Positions 16,429-26,110 are shown, counted from the stretch's first letter. The stretch: 32,000 nt of DNA from Saccharolobus solfataricus (GCF_900079115.1 NZ_LT549890.1:2790001-2822000); one strand, 5' to 3'. Notes: generated by a model from the letters alone, not told the origin. Translations and numbers: made by a program.

Positions 16429-17265
16429 GGGCTTATATAAGGCTTTGGGATTGTTACTACCCATATCGAGCTTAGCTTTTTCACTTATGTTTAAGGAGAG
16501 AAACTCCCTTAAGTTATACGAGATACTCTTTATACCTGGCCCACCGTAATCACTACCATAAATTGTCTTATAGCTTATCTCCTCAAGTCTAGGCAAATAC
16601 TCCAATAGTTTCTTGGGAGGAATGGAAGAGATTTCACCGTAAAGGTTTCTCCTTATTCTAACTAGTTGGAAAGCAGTAGGTACATAATTTGGTCTTCCCA
16701 TGTGAGCTAATACAATCTTAAGCTGTGGAAAATCGACGGCTACATCATCAACGAATATTGGGTCAGCGTACTTATTCCTAGCTTTTAAAAACACACTAGT
16801 ACCGGTGTGAATGACGACTGGTAAGTTATGATCTTGAGCAAATTCGTATAATAGCTCGAGCTGCTTTAGACCACCCTCCTCTTCCCTATACGCGTTTGGC
16901 TTTACGTGGGAGTGGACTGGGTGTAATTTAAAACCAGAAACCCCAGCCTCATATTGCCTTTCTAGCCAGTCCTTAGCCTCGTTGAGGCTTATCCTATTCG
17001 GCTCAATTCCCCCCACTATCGAAAACCTATTTCCGTATTCCTTTAAAAATTTTATCATGGCAATTGGAAAATCCTCTTTAGTACGCCATATTTCTCTACT
17101 GGGATAAGCTATTATAACTATGTAGTCAATATTAACACTGTCCATTTCCTTTATAATTTCTTGAACGCTAGGTGGAGTATACTCATATCCAGAATCGTTA
17201 GAAAAGAAGTCCTTTGGTAAGGTCTCTTTAAACCAGACGTGAGTGTGAGCGTCTACATACCCCAT
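16420..17265 (-). CDS. Amidohydrolase_2 (PF04909-type) metal-dependent hydrolase; possible sugar lactonase
   Basis: The HxH motif lies at the N-terminus (YVDAHTHVW), followed by VVIHTG, LAHMG and GSDY, the metal-ligand pattern of a TIM-barrel amidohydrolase. The start is set at ATG 17265 because the TATA box at 17290..17297 is about 28 nt from it and too close to the TTG at 17280. Confidence 0.75.
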   Translation of the reverse strand: MGYVDAHTHVWFKETLPKDFFSNDSGYEYTPPSVQEIIKEMDSVNIDYIVIIAYPSREIWRTKEDFPIAMIKFLKEYGNRFSIVGGIEPNRISLNEAKDWLERQYEAGVSGFKLHPVHSHVKPNAYREEEGGLKQLELLYEFAQDHNLPVVIHTGTSVFLKARNKYADPIFVDDVAVDFPQLKIVLAHMGRPNYVPTAFQLVRIRRNLYGEISSIPPKKLLEYLPRLEEISYKTIYGSDYGGPGIKSISYNLREFLSLNISEKAKLDMGSNNPKALYKPLE

Positions 17266-17289
17266 ATAATATGATTTCAATTTGATCCC

Positions 17290-17297
17290 TTTTAAAT
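17290..17297 (-). promoter_or_regulatory. TATA box (minus strand ATTTAAAA) for the amidohydrolase gene
   Basis: Position relative to ATG 17265 fits leaderless geometry. Confidence 0.4.
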
Positions 17298-17490
17298 CAA
17301 TCCATCTTTATACGCAAAAATTAACTTGATTGTGAAAAGAAATCGTGGAAGCTAATCCATTTCTTTTAAAGTTTTCTACCCTAAATAACCTTATCGTATT
17401 ACGCCTACATTTAGAATTTTAGATCTCTTTCCCTATCACTATTGTAAGTTAACTTTTAATTTACTAATGGGAAAGTACTACTGAACATAG

Positions 17491-18627
17491 TTGAAATATC
17501 TAAAAATTTTTGCAATCTTATCTAATCTTGCAAACAACTTGGTAAGTCCGTTCATATCATTCGTCTCAGCGTACTTTGGAATGAATTCAGAGGAACTTGC
17601 ATTAGTTACCTCAGCCACTAACGCAGTTCCTAATATATCTCAATATTTCCTAAACTTTATTAAATCTAAAGCTAAATTCTTAATATTTATAGGCACATTA
17701 GTTAATGGTCTACTATGGGTCATAAGCGCGTTTATACCTTTTAACTGGATATTCTTAACTGTTTATTTTATTATAACAATGAGTATTGGCATAGCCAATT
17801 TTGGGTGGAACTTAATAATGGATAGGGTGAGTAGGAATAGTAGGGGTTCCACATTATCACTTTACCTTGTTTACGGAACGATAGGCGCATTAGCTGCTAC
17901 TTTAGTAACAGGTTTTATTACGGAAAGCAACACAGAGTTGATAAGGGAGTTCTTCCTAATTTCCGGAATAATACTAGTTGGTTCTGCTAACCTTTCTAGA
18001 AAAATAGAGGTGGATACGAAACTTGAAGAAAATCGAGTTAAAAGTGCTTCATTCCAAATGAAAAGATTTTTAACTACTATATTCCTCTTCAATCTGGTAT
18101 TATCATTAGCATGGCCGATTTTCCCGTTAGCGCAAGTGTACAAATTCCACATGAATGATGAAAATATAGCAATCTTAAGCGTAGAAACTGGAGTTACAAC
18201 AATCTTGTTTCAAAGGATTGTTGCTAAATTGACAGATACTAAGAGAAAATTAACGCTTTTCCTTGGAAGCGCTCTTTATACTATCTATCCTTTATCTTAC
18301 GCCCTATCTGATTCCATTTATATGATATATATCGTAAATCTAGCCAGTGGATTTACCAATGCTGTTGGATCGGTAACTTACATTGCCTATATATTCGATA
18401 ACTCAGACGACAATACTATAAGGAGAAACTTGGCAGTTTATAACTTGACAGTAGGTTGTGGAGTGATGACTGGATCAATACTAGGAGGAGTAGCATATAA
18501 TTACGTTACACAATTTTATAACCCAATATATTCAATAGACCTTATGCTTATCCTATCCTCTATTCTAAGATTCTCGGTATCTCCCCTATTCTTGACCATA
18601 AAAGATACTCGCTCAAAGCTTAAATAA
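17491..18627 (+). CDS. lacTr: 12-TM MFS-type permease upstream of lacS (putative lactose/glycoside transporter)
   Basis: 378 aa with 6+6 hydrophobic segments and a TTG start. It ends 20 nt before lacS, the arrangement I recall for lacTr-lacS in S. solfataricus. Confidence 0.75.
   Translation: MKYLKIFAILSNLANNLVSPFISFVSAYFGMNSEELALVTSATNAVPNISQYFLNFIKSKAKFLIFIGTLVNGLLWVISAFIPFNWIFLTVYFIITMSIGIANFGWNLIMDRVSRNSRGSTLSLYLVYGTIGALAATLVTGFITESNTELIREFFLISGIILVGSANLSRKIEVDTKLEENRVKSASFQMKRFLTTIFLFNLVLSLAWPIFPLAQVYKFHMNDENIAILSVETGVTTILFQRIVAKLTDTKRKLTLFLGSALYTIYPLSYALSDSIYMIYIVNLASGFTNAVGSVTYIAYIFDNSDDNTIRRNLAVYNLTVGCGVMTGSILGGVAYNYVTQFYNPIYSIDLMLILSSILRFSVSPLFLTIKDTRSKLK
18620..18627 (+). promoter_or_regulatory. 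TATA box (TTAAATAA) of lacS, overlapping the lacTr stop codon
   Basis: Centred about 25 nt upstream of ATG 18648. Confidence 0.45.
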
Positions 18628-18647
18628 TATTAATCATAAATAAAGTC

Positions 18648-20117
18648 ATGTACTCATTTCCAAATAGCTTTAGGTTTGGTTGGTCCCAGGCCGGATTTCA
18701 ATCAGAAATGGGAACACCAGGGTCAGAAGATCCAAATACTGACTGGTATAAATGGGTTCATGATCCAGAAAACATGGCAGCGGGATTAGTAAGTGGAGAT
18801 CTACCAGAAAATGGGCCAGGCTACTGGGGAAACTATAAGACATTTCACGATAATGCACAAAAAATGGGATTAAAAATAGCTAGACTAAATGTGGAATGGT
18901 CTAGGATATTTCCTAATCCATTACCAAGGCCACAAAACTTTGATGAATCAAAACAAGATGTGACAGAGGTTGAGATAAACGAAAACGAGTTAAAGAGACT
19001 TGACGAGTACGCTAATAAAGACGCATTAAACCATTACAGGGAAATATTCAAGGATCTTAAAAGTAGAGGACTTTACTTTATACTAAACATGTATCATTGG
19101 CCATTACCTCTATGGTTACACGACCCAATAAGAGTAAGAAGAGGAGATTTTACTGGACCAAGTGGTTGGCTAAGTACTAGAACAGTTTACGAATTCGCTA
19201 GATTCTCAGCTTATATAGCTTGGAAATTCGATGATCTAGTGGATGAGTACTCAACAATGAATGAACCTAACGTTGTTGGAGGTTTAGGATACGTTGGTGT
19301 TAAGTCCGGTTTTCCCCCAGGATACCTAAGCTTTGAACTTTCCCGTAGGGCAATGTATAACATCATTCAAGCTCACGCAAGAGCGTATGATGGGATAAAG
19401 AGTGTTTCTAAAAAACCAGTTGGAATTATTTACGCTAATAGCTCATTCCAGCCGTTAACGGATAAAGATATGGAAGCGGTAGAGATGGCTGAAAATGATA
19501 ATAGATGGTGGTTCTTTGATGCTATAATAAGAGGTGAGATCACCAGAGGAAACGAGAAGATTGTAAGAGATGACCTAAAGGGTAGATTGGATTGGATTGG
19601 AGTTAATTATTACACTAGGACTGTTGTGAAGAGGACTGAAAAGGGATACGTTAGCTTAGGAGGTTACGGTCACGGATGTGAGAGGAATTCTGTAAGTTTA
19701 GCGGGATTACCAACCAGCGACTTCGGCTGGGAGTTCTTCCCAGAAGGTTTATATGACGTTTTGACGAAATACTGGAATAGATATCATCTCTATATGTACG
19801 TTACTGAAAATGGTATTGCGGATGATGCCGATTATCAAAGGCCCTATTATTTAGTATCTCACGTTTATCAAGTTCATAGAGCAATAAATAGTGGTGCAGA
19901 TGTTAGAGGGTATTTACATTGGTCTCTAGCTGATAATTACGAATGGGCTTCAGGATTCTCTATGAGGTTTGGTCTGTTAAAGGTCGATTACAACACTAAG
20001 AGACTATACTGGAGACCCTCAGCACTAGTATATAGGGAAATCGCCACAAATGGCGCAATAACTGATGAAATAGAGCACTTAAATAGCGTACCTCCAGTAA
20101 AGCCATTAAGGCACTAA
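18648..20117 (+). CDS. lacS: GH1 beta-glycosidase
   Basis: 489 aa, [42 protein letters not shown]... The acid/base Glu sits in TMNEPN and the nucleophile Glu in YVTENG. I recognise it as the much-studied S. solfataricus LacS. Confidence 0.97.
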   Translation: MYSFPNSFRFGWSQAGFQSEMGTPGSEDPNTDWYKWVHDPENMAAGLVSGDLPENGPGYWGNYKTFHDNAQKMGLKIARLNVEWSRIFPNPLPRPQNFDESKQDVTEVEINENELKRLDEYANKDALNHYREIFKDLKSRGLYFILNMYHWPLPLWLHDPIRVRRGDFTGPSGWLSTRTVYEFARFSAYIAWKFDDLVDEYSTMNEPNVVGGLGYVGVKSGFPPGYLSFELSRRAMYNIIQAHARAYDGIKSVSKKPVGIIYANSSFQPLTDKDMEAVEMAENDNRWWFFDAIIRGEITRGNEKIVRDDLKGRLDWIGVNYYTRTVVKRTEKGYVSLGGYGHGCERNSVSLAGLPTSDFGWEFFPEGLYDVLTKYWNRYHLYMYVTENGIADDADYQRPYYLVSHVYQVHRAINSGADVRGYLHWSLADNYEWASGFSMRFGLLKVDYNTKRLYWRPSALVYREIATNGAITDEIEHLNSVPPVKPLRH

Positions 20118-21892
20118 ACTTTCTCAAGTCTCACTATACCAAATGAGTTTTCTTTTAATCTTATTCTAATCTCATTTTCATTAGATTGCAATACTTTCAT
20201 ACCTTCTATATTATTTATTTTGTACCTTTTGGGATCTACACTTAATGTTAGCCTAATTGGAAAGTCATTTAGATTTAATACTGTTACCAGTCCATCCCTT
20301 TTAATTATTAATGAAAATAAGAAGGGATAAGTAGCGATAGCCCTTATTCCGATATGGTCTCCAACAATATCCCTTATTATCTGCCTTGCAACACTAGGGT
20401 AGAACTCTGAAATCAGATATGGTAGGTAAGTTGTAAGTGATAGGACGTAAACTTTAGAGTTAGAGTAAGTGTTCTGAAAGACTACTGGGTGCAATTCGAC
20501 ACCGTTATAGGCGTAAAGGATTGGCGTAGCTCCGTTTAATGAAAATATAGGTCCTACAGGGAAATTGGCTTGCCTCTTGTAATATGACCAATAGAACGTT
20601 TTCCCATCCCTGGTTAACGCATTGACACTAACACTATCGTAAATCAAGTTACCGACACCAAGAATTTTCAGTGCAGTATCCCCCAAGACTTCAATAAGCT
20701 TTTTAGCTGCACTTGCTGTAAACATTAAGTTAACTCCCCTATTAAGTAAATCCACAATATCTAGATGGTAAATATCTGACTCAGTTATGAGCAATATATC
20801 ACTTGGATTTACAACATTAGAAACCTCTAGCGGTATTCCAATTATTCCTAGATGGTCCTCTACGTATTTATCAAACCTTTGAGTCATGAAATGCTGTAAT
20901 GGTATTCTCTTCAAACCTATAGAGGCGTATTCCCTAATGTCTTCCCTCCACCTCTGTACCTTTTCCTTATTTTCCATAATACTTTCAAACAAACTCCTTC
21001 TCTCTGGGTCTAAAATATCTCCAGCCTCGAAAAGTGTAATTTCCTCTGTGAGACCAAATGCGCTCAAGATAAATTGCTGTAAATATGTTTTAAAACTACC
21101 GTAATCTCCACCTTCTCCACCTATGAAAGTATCAAACCATACACCCTTTAATTTATCACCGACTAGACCTTTAACGTAATCAACTATGTACAATGAACCA
21201 TATCTTGCCGTATATTCCCTAGCCTCAGTTCCAACATAAATGTTATCGAAGATTTCAGCTAACTTATCTAATTTAAGTCCTCTATGATAGAAGTCTTCCC
21301 TCCACTCAGCGACCTTTAGAGTTATCTTGACTTTTTCGTTTACATTTTTTGCTGGTTTTACAACATAATCCCTTGAAGCGTTATAAACTAGAGAGGAAGA
21401 GTACTCACACCATAAGCGCGATATAACTGGATCTCTCAACATTTTAAGTAATGTACCTTTAGTGAAATTAACCCCATACATTGAGTTAAACAGTTTTACA
21501 TCCTTTTCAGAATGGCACCAATTAGCCCAAAAGTCATCAATAATTATCTCGTCAAATACCTTTGCTTGCTCTTCAACTACGTTTTTTACCATCTCCCTAT
21601 TTCTTTCATCTGCAATACAAGCTACTTTAAAACCATAATTCTCCATTTCACCCCAACCCTCACCCCATGTACCAATTGCCATCCCTCCAGCAACTTCAAA
21701 CTCCCTCTCAAAAACCTCTTTAAACTTAATCATTGTGTTAACATCTAGCATTATTCCATCTCTATAATTTTCTAGATAGATTTTAACTACTCCTAATTCT
21801 TTAAATTTTTCAATAAGCTTCTTGATCCTTTCCTCGTTAAGACCCCTCAAAGTTGGAGCCGTAACGTAAACCGCTAATTTAAACTCCTTCAT
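20114..21892 (-). CDS. Uncharacterised 592-aa protein downstream of xylS; no family recognised (possibly a TIM-barrel-like N-terminal half)
   Basis: A long ORF with host-like composition that begins 32 nt (ATG) or 23 nt (GTG at 21901) after the xylS stop on the same strand. I can see no signal peptide, TM segment or canonical GH motif. Confidence 0.7.
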   Translation of the reverse strand: MKEFKLAVYVTAPTLRGLNEERIKKLIEKFKELGVVKIYLENYRDGIMLDVNTMIKFKEVFEREFEVAGGMAIGTWGEGWGEMENYGFKVACIADERNREMVKNVVEEQAKVFDEIIIDDFWANWCHSEKDVKLFNSMYGVNFTKGTLLKMLRDPVISRLWCEYSSSLVYNASRDYVVKPAKNVNEKVKITLKVAEWREDFYHRGLKLDKLAEIFDNIYVGTEAREYTARYGSLYIVDYVKGLVGDKLKGVWFDTFIGGEGGDYGSFKTYLQQFILSAFGLTEEITLFEAGDILDPERRSLFESIMENKEKVQRWREDIREYASIGLKRIPLQHFMTQRFDKYVEDHLGIIGIPLEVSNVVNPSDILLITESDIYHLDIVDLLNRGVNLMFTASAAKKLIEVLGDTALKILGVGNLIYDSVSVNALTRDGKTFYWSYYKRQANFPVGPIFSLNGATPILYAYNGVELHPVVFQNTYSNSKVYVLSLTTYLPYLISEFYPSVARQIIRDIVGDHIGIRAIATYPFLFSLIIKRDGLVTVLNLNDFPIRLTLSVDPKRYKINNIEGMKVLQSNENEIRIRLKENSFGIVRLEKV

Positions 21893-21924
21893 ACTTATCA
21901 CACAACGATTAGAAAATTAAAATA

Positions 21925-24120
21925 CTAACCCCTCTTAACTGTAATAGTTTCCTTACCGTTATATTCTATTTCGACATCTGGCTTCGTGTGCTCAATACCC
22001 TTACCCTTTTCAACCCAGATAATCTTAATTATTTTCTTACTCATCTCTAACTCTCCTCTTTTCTTTCCTATAGTGAGCTCTTGCTTATCTTCATCCCAAG
22101 TAATTGGTATTATATAATATTTTCCTTTTTCATACTCATACGTAATCCCATCATCGTCATATAACTCGAAATAACCGTTCTTACCTGGATAAACCCTTAA
22201 GTCAATTACATCCCAATACTCTTCAGCGTTATTTACATTTTTTCCCAATAATGGTAAGACAGCACCACTTCTTACGAATAAGGGTATGGTATCTAACGTT
22301 ACCTTTACGTCCATCATCCTCCCGCCTTCTAACTTCTCACCAGTCCAGAAATCATACCAATATTCTTTAGAGGGTAAGTAAACCTCTTTCTCTATAATAC
22401 TCGGCAAGGTCACTGGGGATATCAATATGTAAGGACCAAACATGTATTGCTCATCAAAATCGTAAACGTTCTGATCATCCCTAAAATCCATAACTAGTGG
22501 CCTCATAATCGTATATCCGATACTATATGTCATCCAAGCTAATGAGTAAATATAAGGCAGTAATTTGTATCTCAACCTTATATATTTAAGGATAACTTCC
22601 TGGTACTCTCTTGGAAATCTCCAAGGTTCTTTTGGAAATATTGTACCGTGAACTCTGAGTATGGGACAAAACGTGCTCCATTGGAACCACCTAACGAAAA
22701 TCTCTGCATATGCCTTAGTTTCTGGGTTTCCAGAGAAGAAGCCACCGGTGTCAGTAGTCCAGTAAGGTATACCAGAAATTGAAAAATTGAGCCCAGCGGG
22801 GATTTGAGCTCTTAACGTAGCCCAATCACCCAGTACATCACCAGACCAACTAATTGCAGAATGCCTCTGTTGACCGGCGAAGGCAGATCTGGTCAATATT
22901 ACAACCCTTTTATTGCTAATTCTCCTCTGTCCTTCATACACAGCCTTAGTTTCCATTAAGGGATATGCGTTCAAATATTCATACCCTTTTCCAATTTCTA
23001 AATCCACATCGTGAATTGGGGAAAAGAAGACTAAACCAAGCCCAGTTTCTGGCTCTGAGGCATCTAGCCAATAAGCGTCTATCCCTAAATCGTAAAACCC
23101 CTTAACGTAACTCCAAAAGAGCTCTCTGCATTCATCCTTAAAGGGATTAAACGCTGTAGTCCCCAGAATTATACACCCTTTACTTTCCATATCCTTAAAC
23201 ACTTCAGTCTCCTTCCCAAAAGTAGGCCATATTGATATTGCCAACTTAGCTCCCATTTTATGGATCTCCTCAACCATATCTTTAGGTCTTGGGAAATCTG
23301 TCTCATCAAATTTGAAAGCGTTCCACCCGTACTTCCCCCAATATCTCCAGTCGAGTACTATTACGTCTAAGGGTATTTTCCTCTCTCTAAACTCCTTAAC
23401 CACACTTGTTATTTCATCTTGTGATTTATATCTCTCTTTACTCTGCCAATACCCATAAGCCCATTTAGGTAAAAGAGGAGCGTCTCCAGTTAACTTCCTA
23501 TAACCTTTTATTACATCATCTATGGAATCACCGTAAATTACGTAATAGTCTATCTTTTTACCAGCTTCAAACCAAACCTTTAATTTATTCCTCCTAAGAC
23601 TTATCGATCCTAGGGAATAGTTATCCCACAATATTCCATAGCCCTTGCTTGAAACTATGAATGGAATACCGATATCAGTATTTCTCTGAGATAATGTAGT
23701 CGAAAGACCGCTATAGTCTAACTTGTAGGCTGAGGATTGACCTAAACCATTTCCACCTGCATGTTGTCCCAGGCCATATACTCTCTCACCCTCACTCAAC
23801 TCAAACTCTTGTTCAACGTTGTAAGTTGATAACTCCTCGTTAAATTTCAAATCCCTTCTTTTCTCCTTAACGACAATTCCCCCCTTGTTGTCCTTCATTA
23901 TTAACTCTCCGTTAGAAGTGTTTATATCTACACTGAGAGATTCGCTGGAGAAAGAGATTATAGATGGACCCGTACTTTCCCCTTTAATGCTTAGCTTCTC
24001 TAGGTTTGGTAACACAACTAGACTATTATCTACTATGGCTTCCCTTCCATAATAGTATAAAACTCTAACAATATTATCTGCGATAAATTCTATTTCCACA
24101 TTTAAATTCCCTATTCTCAT
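21925..24120 (-). CDS. xylS: GH31 alpha-xylosidase
   Basis: 731 aa. The GH31 nucleophile region is IDAYWLDASEPE and the downstream region is TRSAFAGQQRHSAISWSGD. The size and the position next to lacS match the S. solfataricus XylS I recall. Confidence 0.93.
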   Translation of the reverse strand: MRIGNLNVEIEFIADNIVRVLYYYGREAIVDNSLVVLPNLEKLSIKGESTGPSIISFSSESLSVDINTSNGELIMKDNKGGIVVKEKRRDLKFNEELSTYNVEQEFELSEGERVYGLGQHAGGNGLGQSSAYKLDYSGLSTTLSQRNTDIGIPFIVSSKGYGILWDNYSLGSISLRRNKLKVWFEAGKKIDYYVIYGDSIDDVIKGYRKLTGDAPLLPKWAYGYWQSKERYKSQDEITSVVKEFRERKIPLDVIVLDWRYWGKYGWNAFKFDETDFPRPKDMVEEIHKMGAKLAISIWPTFGKETEVFKDMESKGCIILGTTAFNPFKDECRELFWSYVKGFYDLGIDAYWLDASEPETGLGLVFFSPIHDVDLEIGKGYEYLNAYPLMETKAVYEGQRRISNKRVVILTRSAFAGQQRHSAISWSGDVLGDWATLRAQIPAGLNFSISGIPYWTTDTGGFFSGNPETKAYAEIFVRWFQWSTFCPILRVHGTIFPKEPWRFPREYQEVILKYIRLRYKLLPYIYSLAWMTYSIGYTIMRPLVMDFRDDQNVYDFDEQYMFGPYILISPVTLPSIIEKEVYLPSKEYWYDFWTGEKLEGGRMMDVKVTLDTIPLFVRSGAVLPLLGKNVNNAEEYWDVIDLRVYPGKNGYFELYDDDGITYEYEKGKYYIIPITWDEDKQELTIGKKRGELEMSKKIIKIIWVEKGKGIEHTKPDVEIEYNGKETITVKRG

Positions 24121-24140
24121 TATAAAGCTTCTTCATGATC

Positions 24141-24150
24141 TATTATATAA
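24141..24150 (-). promoter_or_regulatory. TATA box (minus strand TTATATAATA) of xylS
   Basis: Centred about 26 nt upstream of ATG 24120. Confidence 0.45.
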
Positions 24151-24166
24151 GCTTTGTGTTATTTAC

Positions 24167-25214
24167 TGCTTTGTGGATTGCTTCAGAATTGTACAAAAAG
24201 TTTATAAATTATTCGTTTAAGTATTACCTATGGAAAAGAGTAAGTACAAGAGGGACTGGAGCAAGTACGACGAGAACGTCATAACTAGATATAAGTTGAT
24301 GTTCCCCTTCTACGTATTCGAACATTGGTGGGACTTATTAGCAGAGGAGAACAGGAACGCTAGGACAAAGTATAAAGCTCCGAAGGAGTTCAACGACTTC
24401 CTAGCCTTCCTCCACATCTTCCTACCTTACAGAGCAATAGAAGGAGTATTAAGAGCCTTAGAACAATTGAAAATCATCCCCACAAGCCAACAATATGGGA
24501 GAGAGTGAGGAACATGAAAATAACCTTCCCCGAGGCAAGTGACGAACTTGAAGTAATTGCAGACGCTACCGGCATTAGCACAAACACGGGAGGACAATAC
24601 ATTGTTGCCAAGTGGGGTAAGACTAGGGATTCAAAATTCCTCAAGATCGAGATAGTAATGGACAATAACGAATTCAACGTGGTAAACGCTGAGGTCACTA
24701 GCAACGAGGTTGAAAGCGCTGTAAAAACAGTTAAGGATCTTCAAGATAAGGGAAAGAAGGTCAAGAAGTTTTATGGAGATAAGACATATGACGCCAATGA
24801 GGTTTACAAGACCGGAGTTGAGGTTGTAGTTCCTCCCAAGAAGAACGCTTCTACTAAAAGGGGCCATCTTGCTAGACGTAAGGCTGTGCGGGAGTTTAGG
24901 AAGTTGGGTTATGATCGTTGGAGGGAGGAGAAGGGTTATGGCGTTAGGTGGAGGGTCGAGTCCTTGTTCTCTGCGGTGAAGCGTACTTTTGGGGAATCGG
25001 TTAGGGCAACAAGTTTTGCTGGACAAGTAGTTGAGGCTAAGCTCAAGTTCTGGGCTTACGCGTGGATGGTTCACTTGGCGAATTCTGTAGTCGGTAGGGC
25101 TCCGGGCATTAGGGTGTAAGCTTGAGAGGAACGTTGAAATAAATATTAATTACTGAAAAATTAGTGTTATACAATATCGTTTTAATGAGACAAATTGAAC
25201 AAATCAACAAAGTA
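24167..25214 (+). mobile_element. IS5-family insertion sequence, about 1.05 kb (possibly ISC1058-type), with a 9-bp target-site duplication
   Basis: The direct repeat GTTATTTAC occurs at 24158..24166 and 25215..25223. The imperfect terminal inverted repeats are TGCTTTGTGGATTGCTTCAGAATTG (left) and, as reverse complement of the right end, TACTTTGTTGATTTGTTCAATTTG. The element encodes a DDE transposase. Confidence 0.85.
24230..25119 (+). pseudogene. IS5-family DDE transposase split into two overlapping ORFs (24230..24508 and 24505..25119) by a -1 frame change
   Basis: DDE candidates are IADATGIS, YGDKTYD and a perfect Y-2-R-3-E-6-K signature, YGVRWRVESLFSAVKR. Joining the frames at 24480..24500 gives LKIIPTS+PTIWERVRNMK, consistent with a 1-nt indel. 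No slippery heptamer is visible. Confidence 0.75.
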
Positions 25215-25272
25215 GTTATTTACGACTCTGGGACAAAAACTTTAGATACCCCTTATTTTGTATCATGAACAC

Positions 25273-26110
25273 ATGAATAAGAAGTTAACTCAGAAAGACT
25301 TCGACAATTTCAAGGAGTCAATAGAGGACTTGATCAAGTTGCACAAGGAAAGTAGGCTCAGTAAGATAGAGAACAATAAGGAGAACGAAGAAGAGAGGTC
25401 AGCCAGATTAAGAAGATTCGGTCGAGAGTTAAGACTTAGAGGAGGCAAAGTTCGTCAAGATCAAGAAAGAACAAGGGAGAAAAAGCAAACTAACCCCACA
25501 AGAGAAGGCATACATACTGATAATCAAGGAATATCTAGGCTTATCCAACAAGGAAACCGCAGAACTAGCATCACTACTGAACCTAACGAAGAAGGAGATA
25601 AGCCACAAGACAGTAGAGAGACTATACTCCCACCCCACATCTTCGTCATCCTCTACAACCTACTCTCAAAGACCGTTGGTGGCCTCAAGGTGGTCATGGA
25701 CGGGACAGGCTATTCCCTAGTAGTAACCAAGCATTAAAGGAGTGAAAGGGAGAAGTCTGGGGAAGATGTGAAGGAAGGGAAGGAGTTCGCGTACTCCTTC
25801 TTCATCTTTGACTTGGGTAGTAACCTGATTGTCGCTTACGGTTATTCGCTTAAGAGTGAGAGGGAGGCTTATGAGATGGTTCTCGAGGTCCTGAGGGATC
25901 TTGGTGTAAAGGTTGACTCCTTGAGGGCTGACAAGTACTATAGCAAGTCTATACTGGATGACTTCCCTGATTCTGAGATCTACTTGATACCCTAACGCTA
26001 CGATCAAGGGAGGGAAAAGGTGGAGGGAGATGATATTGAAGTTCATGAAGAACCCACTGGAGTATTTGGAGGAGTATTTTAAGCGTGAGAGGCTCTGATC
26101 TCCTCCATTA
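25273..26110 (+). pseudogene. Degenerate transposase of the decayed IS (several frameshifts and an in-frame stop)
   Basis: Coherent peptide segments lie in different frames. An HTH-like segment, LTPQEKAYILIIKEYLGLSNKETAELASLLNLTKKEISHKTVERLY, is in one frame. Then comes VVMDGTGYSLVVTKH, an in-frame TAA (25735..25737), FAYSFFIFDLGSN...LRADKYYSKS, a further shift near 25985..26000, and YFKRER/EALISSIKRR. The last segment is cut by the nested IS. Confidence 0.7.

Noticed and set aside
24376-24508. Programmed -1 ribosomal frameshifting in the IS5-family transposase
   Set aside because: No X-XXY-YYZ slippery heptamer or A-run occurs in the 130-nt window where both frames are open. A 1-nt deletion explains the split more simply. 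It is left as a low-interest finding because other copies need to be compared.
24474-25074. Minus-strand ORFs 24474..24704 and 24631..25074
   Set aside because: They are antisense to the IS5-family transposase. The ORFs are long because the IS is GC-richer and has few reverse-strand stops. No motifs are present.
25429-26046. Minus-strand ORFs 25429..25638 and 25717..26046 inside the decayed IS
   Set aside because: They are antisense to recognisable plus-strand transposase peptide segments and have no independent support.
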